Assembly (NCBI GenBank): GCA_046757025.1
Contig: JBHHXN010000039.1
Coordinates: 1-35,733 of the forward strand
Source of the DNA: a bacterium
Lineage (GTDB): Bacteria; Zhuqueibacterota; Zhuqueibacteria; Oceanimicrobiales; Oceanimicrobiaceae
Length of the DNA: 35,733 nt
Direction: 5' to 3'
Below the pieces are notes generated by a model. The model was not told the origin of the DNA, made no database searches, and worked only from the letters and a program-made list of their open reading frames with translations. Below are positions 24,952 through 35,153 of this stretch, piece by piece. The stretch's first letter is position 1. Each line of letters opens with the position of its first letter. Position numbers and translations under genes: made by a program.

Positions 24952-25134
24952 AATCAAACCTATTTCGATTGGATTGAAAATTAAGTACCGGTCTGAATGC
25001 TTTGTTATTTTAACTTTGAGGTTTATTTGTAATTTGGTGATTTGTGTTTTGTAATTTTGTTTGATTTAATATTTGCCGTTTCCTCTTATAAACAACTTGT
25101 AAGTAAAAACAAAAATCTAAAATCCACCTAAATC

Positions 25135-25488
25135 ATGGATGAGCTCGTTGCCGTTTTAATCATGATTCTCGGGGCCGGAGCCGTTGTGCTCTTTTTACTG
25201 GGACTTTCACAGTGGCTTGGACCCAAAAATCGCAATCCTGTTAAAGATGAAGCTTTCGAATGCGGCAATATCCCGATTTCCTTACCCACAGAAAGATTTT
25301 CTGTTAAATTTTACACTGTCGCCATTTTATTTGTCTTGTTTGATATCGAAATCGTGTTTTTATTTCCCTGGGCAGTGGTATTTCGCGATTTGGGCGTAAC
25401 CGGCCTCGTTTCCATGACCTTGTTTATCGCGGTATTATTTTTAGGCCTGATTTATGCCTTGAAAAAAGGAGTTTTGCAATGGGACTGA
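25135..25488 (+). CDS. nuoA: NADH-quinone oxidoreductase subunit A
   Basis: FECG, FVLFDIE..FLFPWA, KKGVLQW. Confidence 0.95.
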   Translation: MDELVAVLIMILGAGAVVLFLLGLSQWLGPKNRNPVKDEAFECGNIPISLPTERFSVKFYTVAILFVLFDIEIVFLFPWAVVFRDLGVTGLVSMTLFIAVLFLGLIYALKKGVLQWD

Positions 25489-25955
25489 GAGATTTTTTAG
25501 GCGGGGACAATTTAATCACCACGAAGCTGGATCAGGCCGTTGGCTGGGCCAGAAAGTATTCTCTGTTTCCTTATCCCTTTGTCACGGCCTGTTGTGGTAT
25601 GGAATACATGTCTGTGGCGTCGTCGCATTACGATCTGGATCGGTTTGGCGCGGCGTTTCCGAGGTTTTCGCCGCGACAGGCGGATATGCTCTTATGTGTG
25701 GGCACCGTCAGTCAGAAGATTGCGCCAGTACTCAGAAGGGTGTACGAGCAAATGTGCGAGCCAAAGTACGTGATTGCGTTTGGGGTTTGCACTTGCACCG
25801 GCGGCTTTTACGACGATTATTCTACCGTCGTCGGCATCGACACCATCCTGCCGGTGGACGTTTACATTCCCGGTTGCCCACCGCGACCCGAAACGGTGAT
25901 TCAGGGATTAATGCTTTTACAAGAGAAAATCCAAAATCAGAAGCAAGCATATTGA
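25479..25955 (+). CDS. nuoB: NADH-quinone oxidoreductase subunit B
   Basis: TACCGME, RFSPRQAD, PVDVYIPGCPPRPE. Confidence 0.96.
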   Translation: MGLRDFLGGDNLITTKLDQAVGWARKYSLFPYPFVTACCGMEYMSVASSHYDLDRFGAAFPRFSPRQADMLLCVGTVSQKIAPVLRRVYEQMCEPKYVIAFGVCTCTGGFYDDYSTVVGIDTILPVDVYIPGCPPRPETVIQGLMLLQEKIQNQKQAY

Positions 25956-25956
25956 C

Positions 25957-27831
25957 ATGCCCAAAAGAACATTCAAGTTACTCAAACAAAAATTTTCTGA
26001 GCAGATTCTGGAGACCTTCACCTACTGCGGCGACGCGGTAGTGGTCATCGATAAATCTTCCATTCACGAAATCTGTCGGTTTCTTCGAGACGATAACCGT
26101 TTGAAATACGATTGCTTAATGGACTTGGCCGGCGTCGATTATTTTCATCGCAAGCCGCGATTTGAAGTGGTCTATCACCTGTATTCATTTAAGACAAAAA
26201 AACGTCTTCGCCTGAAAGCGCTGGTGGATGAATGCAATCCCCAACTGCTAACCGTTTCGGATTTATGGCATATCGCCAACTGGTACGAACGGGAAGTCTG
26301 GGATATGTTCGGTATTCGGTTCAAAAACCATCCTGATCTTCGGCGTATTTTGATGTACGATGAATTTAAGGGACACCCCTTGCGCAAGGACTATCCCTTG
26401 CGCAAAAGACAGCCACTGGTGACCGCAGAAAAATCCATGCCTGGATCCACTTCCCCGACGGTTGAGCTAACGCAGAAGGCGCTTGAAGAATTTGTTACAG
26501 ATGAAAACGGACTGAAGGTCAAGCATATTTTTTTGAACATGGGGCCCTCGCATCCGGCCATGCACGGCGTGGTTAAAATTATTCTTGAGCTTGATGGAGA
26601 AAAGGTGGTGAATTCGGATATTGGCATCGGTTACCTGCACCGCGCCTTTGAAAAACACGCAGAAAATATCTATTATAACGGAGTGTTTCCCTACACCGAT
26701 CGCTTAAATTACGTTTCTCCTTTGATCAACAATGTCGGTTTTGCTCTGGCAGTGGAAAAGCTGCTGGGAATAAAAGTGCCAGAGCGCTGCCAGTTTATTC
26801 GTGTGATCATGAGTGAGATTTCACGCATCGCGGATCATTTGACCTGCATTGGCGCCATGGCCATGGAAATGGGCGCCATGACCGCTTTTTTGTATTTTAT
26901 GCAGGCCAGAGAGGCCATGTATCAATTGATCGAAGAGGTTACCGGCGCGCGCATAACCATTTCGTACGTGCGAGTGGGAGGCGTGAAAGGCGACCTGCCC
27001 GAGGGCTTTGAACAGCGGGTGAAAACCGCTCTGCAAAAAGTGCGCGATGAAATCAGACAAGTCCATAAATTGCTTACACGCAATCGCATTTTCGTGGATC
27101 GGGTGCAGAACGTGAGTCCTATTTCAAAAGATGACGCGATTTCGTACAGTTTCACCGGGCCCGTGCTGCGTGCCTGCGGTGTGGAATACGACGTGCGCAA
27201 GGCGTTTCCGTACAGCGGTTATGATCTTTTTGAGTTTGAAATTCCGATTGGCGAAAACGGCGATATTTACGATCGCTATCTTGTGCGGATGGAAGAGATG
27301 GAGCAAAGCGCCAGAATTATTGAGCAGGCGCTGGAGAAAATTCCCGGCGGCGCCTTGATGGTGGATTACGAAGGTCGGGAAATCCCGGCCGATAAAATGG
27401 CGGATTTGGGGAAATTGGGTCAAACTCGAGCTCTGCTCGAGCAGGTGGCGGTGACCGATCCCACGCTGCTGGGCAGCAATCAACCGTTTCACGAACAAGT
27501 TTATGCAGACCATAAATTAGTCACCTTGCCGGCGAAAGAGAAAACCTACGGCAGCATCGAAGGGCTCATGAATCACTTCATGTTGATCATGGAAGGCTTT
27601 GGAATTAAGCCGCCGCGAGGGGAAACCTATTTGCCCGTGGAAGGCGCCAACGGCGAGTTGGGTTTTTACGTCATCAGCGACGGCAGCGACAAACCTTACC
27701 GTGTGCGGGTGCGACCGCCCTGTTTCGCGTTTGTTGCCGGATTTAGTAAAATGATCCAGGGGGTGCAGGTTGCGGACATCATCCCGGCGTTTGGTTCCAT
27801 CAACATGATCGCAGGGGAGCTGGACCGGTGA
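25957..27831 (+). CDS. nuoCD: NADH-quinone oxidoreductase fused subunit C/D
   Basis: NuoC WYEREVWDMFG..HPDLRRIL..GHPLRKDYP; NuoD NMGPSHPAMHGV, GYLHRAFEK, DRLNY, GELDR. Confidence 0.95.
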   Translation: MPKRTFKLLKQKFSEQILETFTYCGDAVVVIDKSSIHEICRFLRDDNRLKYDCLMDLAGVDYFHRKPRFEVVYHLYSFKTKKRLRLKALVDECNPQLLTVSDLWHIANWYEREVWDMFGIRFKNHPDLRRILMYDEFKGHPLRKDYPLRKRQPLVTAEKSMPGSTSPTVELTQKALEEFVTDENGLKVKHIFLNMGPSHPAMHGVVKIILELDGEKVVNSDIGIGYLHRAFEKHAENIYYNGVFPYTDRLNYVSPLINNVGFALAVEKLLGIKVPERCQFIRVIMSEISRIADHLTCIGAMAMEMGAMTAFLYFMQAREAMYQLIEEVTGARITISYVRVGGVKGDLPEGFEQRVKTALQKVRDEIRQVHKLLTRNRIFVDRVQNVSPISKDDAISYSFTGPVLRACGVEYDVRKAFPYSGYDLFEFEIPIGENGDIYDRYLVRMEEMEQSARIIEQALEKIPGGALMVDYEGREIPADKMADLGKLGQTRALLEQVAVTDPTLLGSNQPFHEQVYADHKLVTLPAKEKTYGSIEGLMNHFMLIMEGFGIKPPRGETYLPVEGANGELGFYVISDGSDKPYRVRVRPPCFAFVAGFSKMIQGVQVADIIPAFGSINMIAGELDR

Positions 27832-28313
27832 CAATGGAATTTTCAAAGGACCGTCAGAAACAGCTGCAAGAAATCCTGAGCCGCTATCCAGAAAAAAGAG
27901 CCGCCATGCTGCCGGTTTTGTATCTGGCTGAAAATGAATTTGGCTGCATTTCGCCAGATGTGGAAGAATACGTGGCGGAAGTTCTGGAGGTTCCGCCTGT
28001 GAAGGTGCATGAAGTGATGACGTTTTACACCTTGATCGCCAGCAAACCCCGGGGCAAATTTCATTTTCAGCTATGCCGGGGACTATCGTGCGATCTTTGT
28101 GGCTGTGAGAAAATGCTCAAATATCTCTCAAAAAAATTGAAAATCAAAGACGGTGAAACCAGTAAAGACGGTAAATACACCCTGACGACAGTGGAATGCC
28201 TGGGGGCATGCGAAACCGGCCCCATGATGCAATTAAACGAAGAATATATCGGGCAACTGACCGAAAAGAAAATCGATGCCATTTTGAAAGAAATCAATTC
28301 AAATAAAAAATAA
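27828..28313 (+). CDS. nuoE: NADH-quinone oxidoreductase subunit E
   Basis: VMTFYT, CRGLSC, ECLGAC ([2Fe-2S] N1a); start GTG27828 or ATG27834. Confidence 0.94.
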   Translation: MTMEFSKDRQKQLQEILSRYPEKRAAMLPVLYLAENEFGCISPDVEEYVAEVLEVPPVKVHEVMTFYTLIASKPRGKFHFQLCRGLSCDLCGCEKMLKYLSKKLKIKDGETSKDGKYTLTTVECLGACETGPMMQLNEEYIGQLTEKKIDAILKEINSNKK

Positions 28314-29581
28314 TGCCGACACAGATCATCTCTAAATTTTTTGAGATTGAAAATAGTCACACCGTGGAAGTGTATGAGCAGCATGGCGGCTATGAAACGA
28401 TTCAGAAAGTGCTTAAGAAATGGTCGCCGCAGCAAATCATCGAAGAAGTGACGAAATCGAATTTGCGTGGACTGGGAGGCGCGGGATTCCCCACTGGCAG
28501 AAAGTGGTCGTTCATTCCAAGAGACAACCCCAAACCACGGTATCTCGTGGTCAACGCCGATGAAAGCGAGCCGGGCACCTTTAAGGACCGTTATATCATG
28601 GACAACTACACACACGGCTTGTTGGAGGGCATCATGATTGCATCTTATGCCATTGGCGCTCATAAGGCGTTTATCTACATACGCGGTGAGTATGTGCGTC
28701 AGGCGGAAAACCTGGTGCAGCAGATCGCGGCTGCGTACCAGAAAGGTTACCTTGGGAAAAAAATATTTGGTTCAAAATTCGATCTGGACGTGGTCGTACA
28801 CAGAGGCGCCGGCGCATATATTTGTGGTGAAGAAACCGCCCTTCTGGAGTCGCTGGAGGGCAAAAAGGGCTGGCCCCGAATGAAGCCACCATTTCCGGCC
28901 ATCGAGGGGGCATTTAAATGTCCGACCATTGTGAACAACGTGGAAACCATCGCGTATGTACCCAGCATCATTAGTAAAGGCGCCAAGTGGTTCGCTGAGT
29001 TGGGCAGCGAGCGCAATGGCGGCTTGCGATTTTTCAGCGTTAGCGGGCACGTTAAAAAGCCGGGCGTGTACGAGCTGCCCATGGGCGTGACTCTGCGTGA
29101 GATCATTTTCGAACACGCCGGCGGCTTGCGCAACGGCGCCAATTTGAAGGCAGTGGTGCCGGGCGGCTCGTCGTCACCGGTACTAAAAGCAGATGAAGTG
29201 GATGTCAAAATGGATTACGATTCGCTGGCGGCAATCGGCTCCATGCTGGGCTCTGCTGGCGTCATCGTCATGGACGAATCCACTTGCATGGCGCGGGCGC
29301 TGTATGTAGTGACGCGCTTTTATCATCATGAATCGTGCGGGCAGTGCACCCCGTGCCGGGAAGGTACCGGCTGGGCCGAAAAAATACTCAAACGCATTTT
29401 GGACAGAGAGGGCCGAGTGGAAGATATCGACAATCTCTATCGAATTGCCGGCAACGTCATGGGCAACACGATATGTCCCCTGGGGGACGCCGCTGCGTTG
29501 CCTATAAAAAGCTATATTGAGAAATTCAGAGATGAGTTCGAGTATCATGTGAAAGAGAAAAAGTGTGATCTTAATAAATGA
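28313..29581 (+). CDS. nuoF: NADH-quinone oxidoreductase subunit F
   Basis: LRGLGGAGFPTG, NADESEPGTFKDR, GAGAYICGEETAL, ESCGQCTPCREG, TICPLG. Confidence 0.97.
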   Translation: MPTQIISKFFEIENSHTVEVYEQHGGYETIQKVLKKWSPQQIIEEVTKSNLRGLGGAGFPTGRKWSFIPRDNPKPRYLVVNADESEPGTFKDRYIMDNYTHGLLEGIMIASYAIGAHKAFIYIRGEYVRQAENLVQQIAAAYQKGYLGKKIFGSKFDLDVVVHRGAGAYICGEETALLESLEGKKGWPRMKPPFPAIEGAFKCPTIVNNVETIAYVPSIISKGAKWFAELGSERNGGLRFFSVSGHVKKPGVYELPMGVTLREIIFEHAGGLRNGANLKAVVPGGSSSPVLKADEVDVKMDYDSLAAIGSMLGSAGVIVMDESTCMARALYVVTRFYHHESCGQCTPCREGTGWAEKILKRILDREGRVEDIDNLYRIAGNVMGNTICPLGDAAALPIKSYIEKFRDEFEYHVKEKKCDLNK

Positions 29582-29764
29582 AGGGTTCACAATTTCAAAA
29601 GGTTTGCATTTATAATGTGCAATAATAGATTAATCAAGAAACAAAATTTAAAACAGAGCAAACGCAGAGACACAGAGGACTCAAAGTATCATTGGTTTAC
29701 TAACATTTCTCACTTGAAGTTATGCAACTATGTTCATATTAAATAATTAGATACGACAGGTTCA

Positions 29765-29794
29765 CTTCATGCTGAGCGGAGTCGAAGCATGAAG
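29765..29794. repeat. REP-like palindrome in nuoF-nuoG spacer
   Basis: CTTCATGCT (29765-29773) / AGCATGAAG (29786-29794) around loop GAGCGGAGTCGA. Confidence 0.55.
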
Positions 29795-29846
29795 ACGTTC
29801 GTTTTCGGTCAATCACTAATTAAAAATATCTCAAAGTTAGTTCATT

Positions 29847-31505
29847 ATGCCAAAAATAAATATCGATGGTTTAGAAATAGAGGTGGAAAAAGGCACGACC
29901 GTCATCCAGGCGGCGGAAATGCTGGGCATCGAAATTCCCAGATACTGCTACCACCCCGGTTTGAGTATCGTGGGTGTGTGCCGCATCTGTCTGGTGGAGA
30001 TCGAAAGAATTCCCAAATTGCAAGTGGCGTGTTATACACCCGTCACAGACGGCATGGTTGTTCATACCAATAATGAAAAAGTGCGAGAGGCCCGGTCTGC
30101 AGTTTTAGAATTTCTGCTGGTGAATCATCCGCTGGACTGCCCGGTGTGCGACCAGGCGGGGGAGTGCTGGCTGCAAAATTACTACATGCAGCACGGATTA
30201 TATGACAGCCAGATGTACGAAAACAAAGTTAAAAAGCACAAAGCGGTTGCGGTTGGGCCGAACGTCATGCTGGATTCAGAACGCTGTATTTTGTGCTCGC
30301 GCTGCGTGCGGTTCTGTGACGAAATCAGCAAAACCCATGAGCTGGGTATTTTCAACCGCGGCGACCACGCGGAGCTGCTGCCGTATCCAGACTGCGAACT
30401 GGACAATAAGTACGCGGGCAATACCATCGATATCTGCCCGGTGGGCGCCTTGACCGACCGTGATTTTCGTTTTCGTACCCGGGTCTGGTATTTAAATGAG
30501 ACCAAATCTATCTGCCCGGGCTGCAGTACGGGCTGCAATATCTACGTGCATCACAACGACCGCCGACCCTATAAGGCCGACGGCATGCGAATCGCCCGCC
30601 TAAAACCGCGGTTCCATCCAGATGTCAACCAGTGGTGGATGTGCGACGAAGGCCGCTATGGATTCACCTTTGTGGATGACAAGTCGCGTCTGCTTTACCC
30701 GTTGAAAAAAACGCAGGACCGCCGTGACAGAATTACCTGGCCTGCTGCTTTAGAAGATTTACACCAGCGAATGCAGGAAATTATCGACAAACACGGGCCG
30801 GAAGCGTTTGGAGTGATCCTTTCATCCAGAATGACCAATGAAAATCTCTACGCAGCTTGCCGGTTTTTTATAAAAAATTTACAAGTGCGGAATATCGCTT
30901 ACGCCATAACGCCCCGTGAAAAGGGCTACTCGGATGATTTTTTGATAAAAGCGGATAAAAGTCCCAATACCGCCGGCGCGGATGATATCATTCAAGCGTT
31001 TTTGAATGCAAATCTGCTGACGGTCTCCAAATTACTGAATCTCACTCAAAGCAAAAAGCTCAAAGCGCTGGTCATCTGTCATCAGGATCTGAAACAGGGA
31101 TTCGCACCAAAAAGAATCAAGAATACACTGCGAAGGACAGAGCTGGTGGTCTATCTGGGCAGCAACGACCACTCCACTGCTGCCCTGGCAGATTTTATCT
31201 TGCCAGCCGCTGCCTTTGTCGAAGAAGACGGTTCGTTTACCAATTTTCAAAGAAGGGTACAGCGCATTTACAAAGCCGTGGAGCCGCCCGGCGAAGTGAA
31301 ACCAGATTGGAAAATTTTCAGAGATTTGTCAAAAAAGTTCGGTAAATCCCTGCCGTTTTTTGAAGCAGAAGACGTGTTCCGGGCATTGGCCGAAGAACTA
31401 CCTGCTTTTAAGGGCTTGACTTATCAGAAATTGGGTGATGAAGGCGTGCTTTTAAATCATCTTGAAGAAAAAACCGAACCTGAATTGGAGGCTAAAGTCG
31501 CCTGA
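29847..31505 (+). CDS. nuoG: NADH-quinone oxidoreductase subunit G (short form)
   Basis: CYHPGL..VCRICLVE, NHPLDCPVCDQAGEC, RCILCSRC..CPVGAL, CPGCSTGC..MCDEGR; 552 aa. Confidence 0.93.
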   Translation: MPKINIDGLEIEVEKGTTVIQAAEMLGIEIPRYCYHPGLSIVGVCRICLVEIERIPKLQVACYTPVTDGMVVHTNNEKVREARSAVLEFLLVNHPLDCPVCDQAGECWLQNYYMQHGLYDSQMYENKVKKHKAVAVGPNVMLDSERCILCSRCVRFCDEISKTHELGIFNRGDHAELLPYPDCELDNKYAGNTIDICPVGALTDRDFRFRTRVWYLNETKSICPGCSTGCNIYVHHNDRRPYKADGMRIARLKPRFHPDVNQWWMCDEGRYGFTFVDDKSRLLYPLKKTQDRRDRITWPAALEDLHQRMQEIIDKHGPEAFGVILSSRMTNENLYAACRFFIKNLQVRNIAYAITPREKGYSDDFLIKADKSPNTAGADDIIQAFLNANLLTVSKLLNLTQSKKLKALVICHQDLKQGFAPKRIKNTLRRTELVVYLGSNDHSTAALADFILPAAAFVEEDGSFTNFQRRVQRIYKAVEPPGEVKPDWKIFRDLSKKFGKSLPFFEAEDVFRALAEELPAFKGLTYQKLGDEGVLLNHLEEKTEPELEAKVA

Positions 31506-32570
31506 ATGATCCAAGGCATCGCTATTGCGTTTGTTAAATTGGGATTCGTGCTTTTGTTCGTGCTCGGATTGGGCGGATTGCTGACCTGGGTGGAACGCAA
31601 GCAAAGCGCCGTCATGCAGGATCGCATTGGTGCCAACCGCGCTTCCATCTTTGGTCTGCGCCTGATCGGTTTGTTTCATCCGCTGGCCGACGCCATCAAG
31701 ATGTTTACGAAAGAAAGTTTTCGGCCAGCCAAAGCGGAAAAAGGGCTTTTCACCCTGGCGCCGGCGCTCTCGTTGTTTTTTGCGCTGCTCGGCTTTGCGG
31801 TGATTCCCTTTGGCGATGTTTTGTACGTTCAAAATCAGCCGGTGAATTTACAGTTGGCGCCTTTGAATGTGGGCGTGCTCTATTTATTCGCCGTGGCCGG
31901 CATGGCCGTGTATGGGGTGGTTCTGGGGGCCTGGGCTTCACGCAACAATTTTGCGCTTCTGGGTGGGCTGCGAGCAGCCGCGCAGATGATTTCTTACGAG
32001 GTAGCTCTGGGTGTGACCATCATCGGCTCTCTGATGATCTATCAAACCGTGGATCTGCAGGAAATCGTGCGCTGGCAGGGCGCCAATTTCTGGGGCGTGC
32101 TGCTGCAGCCGCTGGGTTTCCTGTTATTTTTAACGGTGGGCATCGCGGAAACCAAGCGCATCCCTTTCGATCCACCCGAAGGCGAATCCGAAATCATCGG
32201 CTACTTTTTGGAATACAGCGGCATGGGCTTTGGTATGTACTTTCTCACGGATTTCATCGAAACGGTCATGATTGCCGCCATCACCGTCACGCTGTTCTTC
32301 GGCGGCTGGCAAGTACCGTATTTAACCGCCGACGGTTTTCATTTTCCCTGGGGCGACGTCTGGTTAATGGAGAATTGGGCGGTGGCCCTGTTTCAGGTGG
32401 CGAGCTTTGCCCTGAAGGTGGTGTTTTTCTTGTGGCTGCAAATGACCATCCGCTGGACTCTACCGCGATTTCGCTATGATCAGGTTATGCGCCTGGGGTG
32501 GAAATATATTCTGCCGATTTCCATGGTCAATATTTTACTCACGGGCTTAATTCTGCTTTTAATCAAATAA
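31506..32570 (+). CDS. nuoH: NADH-quinone oxidoreductase subunit H
   Basis: ERK..MQDRIG, ADAIKMFTKE, GGLRAAAQMISYE, PFD.PEGESE, RWTLPRFRYDQ. Confidence 0.96.
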   Translation: MIQGIAIAFVKLGFVLLFVLGLGGLLTWVERKQSAVMQDRIGANRASIFGLRLIGLFHPLADAIKMFTKESFRPAKAEKGLFTLAPALSLFFALLGFAVIPFGDVLYVQNQPVNLQLAPLNVGVLYLFAVAGMAVYGVVLGAWASRNNFALLGGLRAAAQMISYEVALGVTIIGSLMIYQTVDLQEIVRWQGANFWGVLLQPLGFLLFLTVGIAETKRIPFDPPEGESEIIGYFLEYSGMGFGMYFLTDFIETVMIAAITVTLFFGGWQVPYLTADGFHFPWGDVWLMENWAVALFQVASFALKVVFFLWLQMTIRWTLPRFRYDQVMRLGWKYILPISMVNILLTGLILLLIK

Positions 32571-32572
32571 TT

Positions 32573-33112
32573 ATGAATGTTCACGAAAAATACCCGCCGC
32601 TGACTTTCTGGGAAAAAACTTATTTGCCCGGGATTCTAAAAGGATTGCTGCTGACTTCAAGGCATTTTTTCCGCAATCTCATGGCCCATTGTTTGCGTTT
32701 GATTGGGATTAAATTGAAACGTCCGGGAGCGGTCACATTTCAATATCCCGAAGTCTTTCGTCCGATATTTCCCCGGCTTCGGACCATGCATCGACTAACC
32801 AAAAGAGAAGACGGTTCGCCGCGCTGCGTGGCCTGTATGATGTGTGAAACCGTTTGTCCGGCAAAATGCATTTATATCATAGCAGAAGAAAAGCCCGACA
32901 ATCCACAAATCGAAAAGATGCCGAAAACATTTGATATCGATCTGGGCTTGTGCATTTTTTGCGGCTATTGCGTGGAAGCCTGCCCGGAAGACGCCATTCG
33001 TATGGATACCGGCATTCTGGAATTTTCAAGCTACGCCCGCAACGACATGATGCTAACCATGGAGACCATGCTGGAAATTTCGCCTAAAACAGAACGCTAT
33101 GTTGTGCAGTAA
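32573..33112 (+). CDS. nuoI: NADH-quinone oxidoreductase subunit I
   Basis: TFQYPE, CVACMMCETVCP, CIFCGYCVEACP; start re-called to ATG32573 just after the nuoH stop. Confidence 0.94.
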   Translation: MNVHEKYPPLTFWEKTYLPGILKGLLLTSRHFFRNLMAHCLRLIGIKLKRPGAVTFQYPEVFRPIFPRLRTMHRLTKREDGSPRCVACMMCETVCPAKCIYIIAEEKPDNPQIEKMPKTFDIDLGLCIFCGYCVEACPEDAIRMDTGILEFSSYARNDMMLTMETMLEISPKTERYVVQ

Positions 33113-33160
33113 AAACTGTGAACAACCACAAATAGACTTTAATAAAGGAGAGAGCTAATA

Positions 33161-34714
33161 TTGAGTCAGAAAAAGAACCACAACGGAGCCAATCTAGGAT
33201 TCGAAAGTAAGCTGTGGGCTGCTGCGGATAAGTTGCGCGGCCACATGGATGCGTCTGAATATAAGCATGTTGTCCTTGGCCTCATTTTTCTGAAATTCAT
33301 CTCGGACGCGTTCGAGGCAAAATACAAGCAATTGGAAGCCACCAAAGATACCGAATACACGGATCCGGAAGACCGGGACGAGTACGCCGCCTCTAACGTA
33401 TTTTGGGTACCGAAAGAGGCACGATGGGAAAAGCTCCAGGCCGCCGCAAAACAGCCAACCATTGGCAAGCTTATCGACGACGCCATGGTGGCTATCGAGA
33501 AAGAAAACCCAACTCTCAAAGGCGTCCTCCTAAAAAACTACGCTCGGCCCGCTCTTGACAAGCACCGTTTGGGCGAGCTCATCGACATTATTGCAAAGAT
33601 TGGCCTGGGCGACGATGAATCCCGCTCAAAGGATATCCTCGGGCGCGTGTATGAATATTTTCTGGGGAAATTCGCTGCAGCGGAGGGCAAAGGCGGCGGT
33701 GAGTTTTATACGCCGCAATGTGTGGTCAAACTTCTGGTGCGAATGATTGAACCGTACAAAGGCCGCGTGTATGACCCTTGCTGCGGATCGGGCGGTATGT
33801 TTGTGCAGAGTGAAAAGTTTGTCGAAGAGCACGGCGGCCGGCTGGGTGACATCTCAATTTACGGACAGGAGTCCAATCCCACCACCTGGCGCTTGGCGAA
33901 AATGAACCTGGCCATTCGTGGCATTGACGCCAACCTCGGCCCGCATCATGCCGATAGCTTTCACAATGACTTACACAAGGACCTCAGGGCCGACTTCATC
34001 CTCGCAAATCCGCCGTTTAACATGAGTGACTGGGGTGGTGAAAGAGTGCGCGAGGACGCCCGTTGGAGGTACGGCATCCCCCCAGCGAACAATGCCAACT
34101 ACGCCTGGATTCAGCATTTCGTTCACCACCTCTCGCCGACTGGTATAGCCGGGTTTGTTTTGGCGAACGGTTCCATGTCCACCAATACTGCAAGTGAAGG
34201 TGAAATCCGCAAGAGCATGATTGAAGCCGATCTCATTGATTGTATGATCGCATTGCCCGGACAACTTTTTTATACGACACAGATTCCGGTTTGCCTCTGG
34301 TTTCTGGCGCGGAACAAAAGGAATGGCAAATTCCGCAATCGTAGCAGCCACACCTTGTTTATCGATGCCCGCAAGATGGGGACGCTGATTGACCGTGTAC
34401 ACCGGGAACTTTCTGACGAAGAGATTGACCATATTGCCAGCACTTACCACGCTTGGCGTGGCGAAAAAGAAACAGGCGAGTACAGAGATATCCCTGGATT
34501 CTGCAAATCAGCCTTGACCAAGGACATTCGAGAGCACGGTTATGTACTCACGCCGGGGCGGTATGTGGGTGCGGCCGAAGTCGAGGATGATGGCATCCCC
34601 TTCGAAAAAAAGATGGCCGAATTGACCTCAAAGCTTAACGAACAGTTTGCTGAGGCGGCAACTTTGGAAAAGAAAATTAAGAAAAACATGACCGCATTAG
34701 GATTTGAAATCTGA
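33161..34714 (+). CDS. hsdM: Type I restriction-modification methyltransferase subunit (m6A)
   Basis: [38 protein letters not shown] (motif I), ANPPFN (motif IV), [17 protein letters not shown] and TTG start. Confidence 0.95.
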   Translation: MSQKKNHNGANLGFESKLWAAADKLRGHMDASEYKHVVLGLIFLKFISDAFEAKYKQLEATKDTEYTDPEDRDEYAASNVFWVPKEARWEKLQAAAKQPTIGKLIDDAMVAIEKENPTLKGVLLKNYARPALDKHRLGELIDIIAKIGLGDDESRSKDILGRVYEYFLGKFAAAEGKGGGEFYTPQCVVKLLVRMIEPYKGRVYDPCCGSGGMFVQSEKFVEEHGGRLGDISIYGQESNPTTWRLAKMNLAIRGIDANLGPHHADSFHNDLHKDLRADFILANPPFNMSDWGGERVREDARWRYGIPPANNANYAWIQHFVHHLSPTGIAGFVLANGSMSTNTASEGEIRKSMIEADLIDCMIALPGQLFYTTQIPVCLWFLARNKRNGKFRNRSSHTLFIDARKMGTLIDRVHRELSDEEIDHIASTYHAWRGEKETGEYRDIPGFCKSALTKDIREHGYVLTPGRYVGAAEVEDDGIPFEKKMAELTSKLNEQFAEAATLEKKIKKNMTALGFEI

Positions 34715-34733
34715 AAGAAAGGAATAATGTATT

Positions 34734-35153
34734 ATGGCTCTCGATCTAAGCAGTCTGAGAAAGGCAATCACCTCACTTGAGAATGCACTCAATATTTCGG
34801 CTCCAGACAGGCTCCAGAGCATGCCCGATGACCAGCAGGAAGTCATTAAGGCAGGCGTAATTCAGAATTTTGAGTTCACATACGAACTCTGCTGGAAGTT
34901 CATGAAACGGTGGCTTGGGAAAAATTTAGGCGCAGCTTACGTTGATGGCGTTAGCCGGCGGGAACTCTTCCGACTCAGCGCCGAAAGCAAGCTCATCAAC
35001 GATGTAGACCGATGGTTGGAATATCATGACGCGCGCAACGAAACGTCTCACACCTACGACCAGGACACGGCCGAAGATATTTTCCAAATTGCAAGAACTT
35101 TCTTTCCTGACGCTCAGAAGTTTTTGAATACCCTTGAGGAAAAGAATGATTGA
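34734..35153 (+). CDS. HEPN-domain nucleotidyltransferase substrate-binding protein (HI0074-like), putative RNase toxin
   Basis: GVIQNFEFTYELCWK; RNETSHTY = R-X4-H-X-Y. Confidence 0.88.
   Translation: MALDLSSLRKAITSLENALNISAPDRLQSMPDDQQEVIKAGVIQNFEFTYELCWKFMKRWLGKNLGAAYVDGVSRRELFRLSAESKLINDVDRWLEYHDARNETSHTYDQDTAEDIFQIARTFFPDAQKFLNTLEEKND

Noticed and set aside
29789..30073. 94-aa + strand ORF overlapping nuoG start
   Set aside because: Starts inside the REP-like palindrome and is out of frame with the well-supported nuoG
32498..32572. Upstream extension of nuoI
   Set aside because: Overlaps nuoH coding sequence; ATG32573 follows the nuoH stop directly
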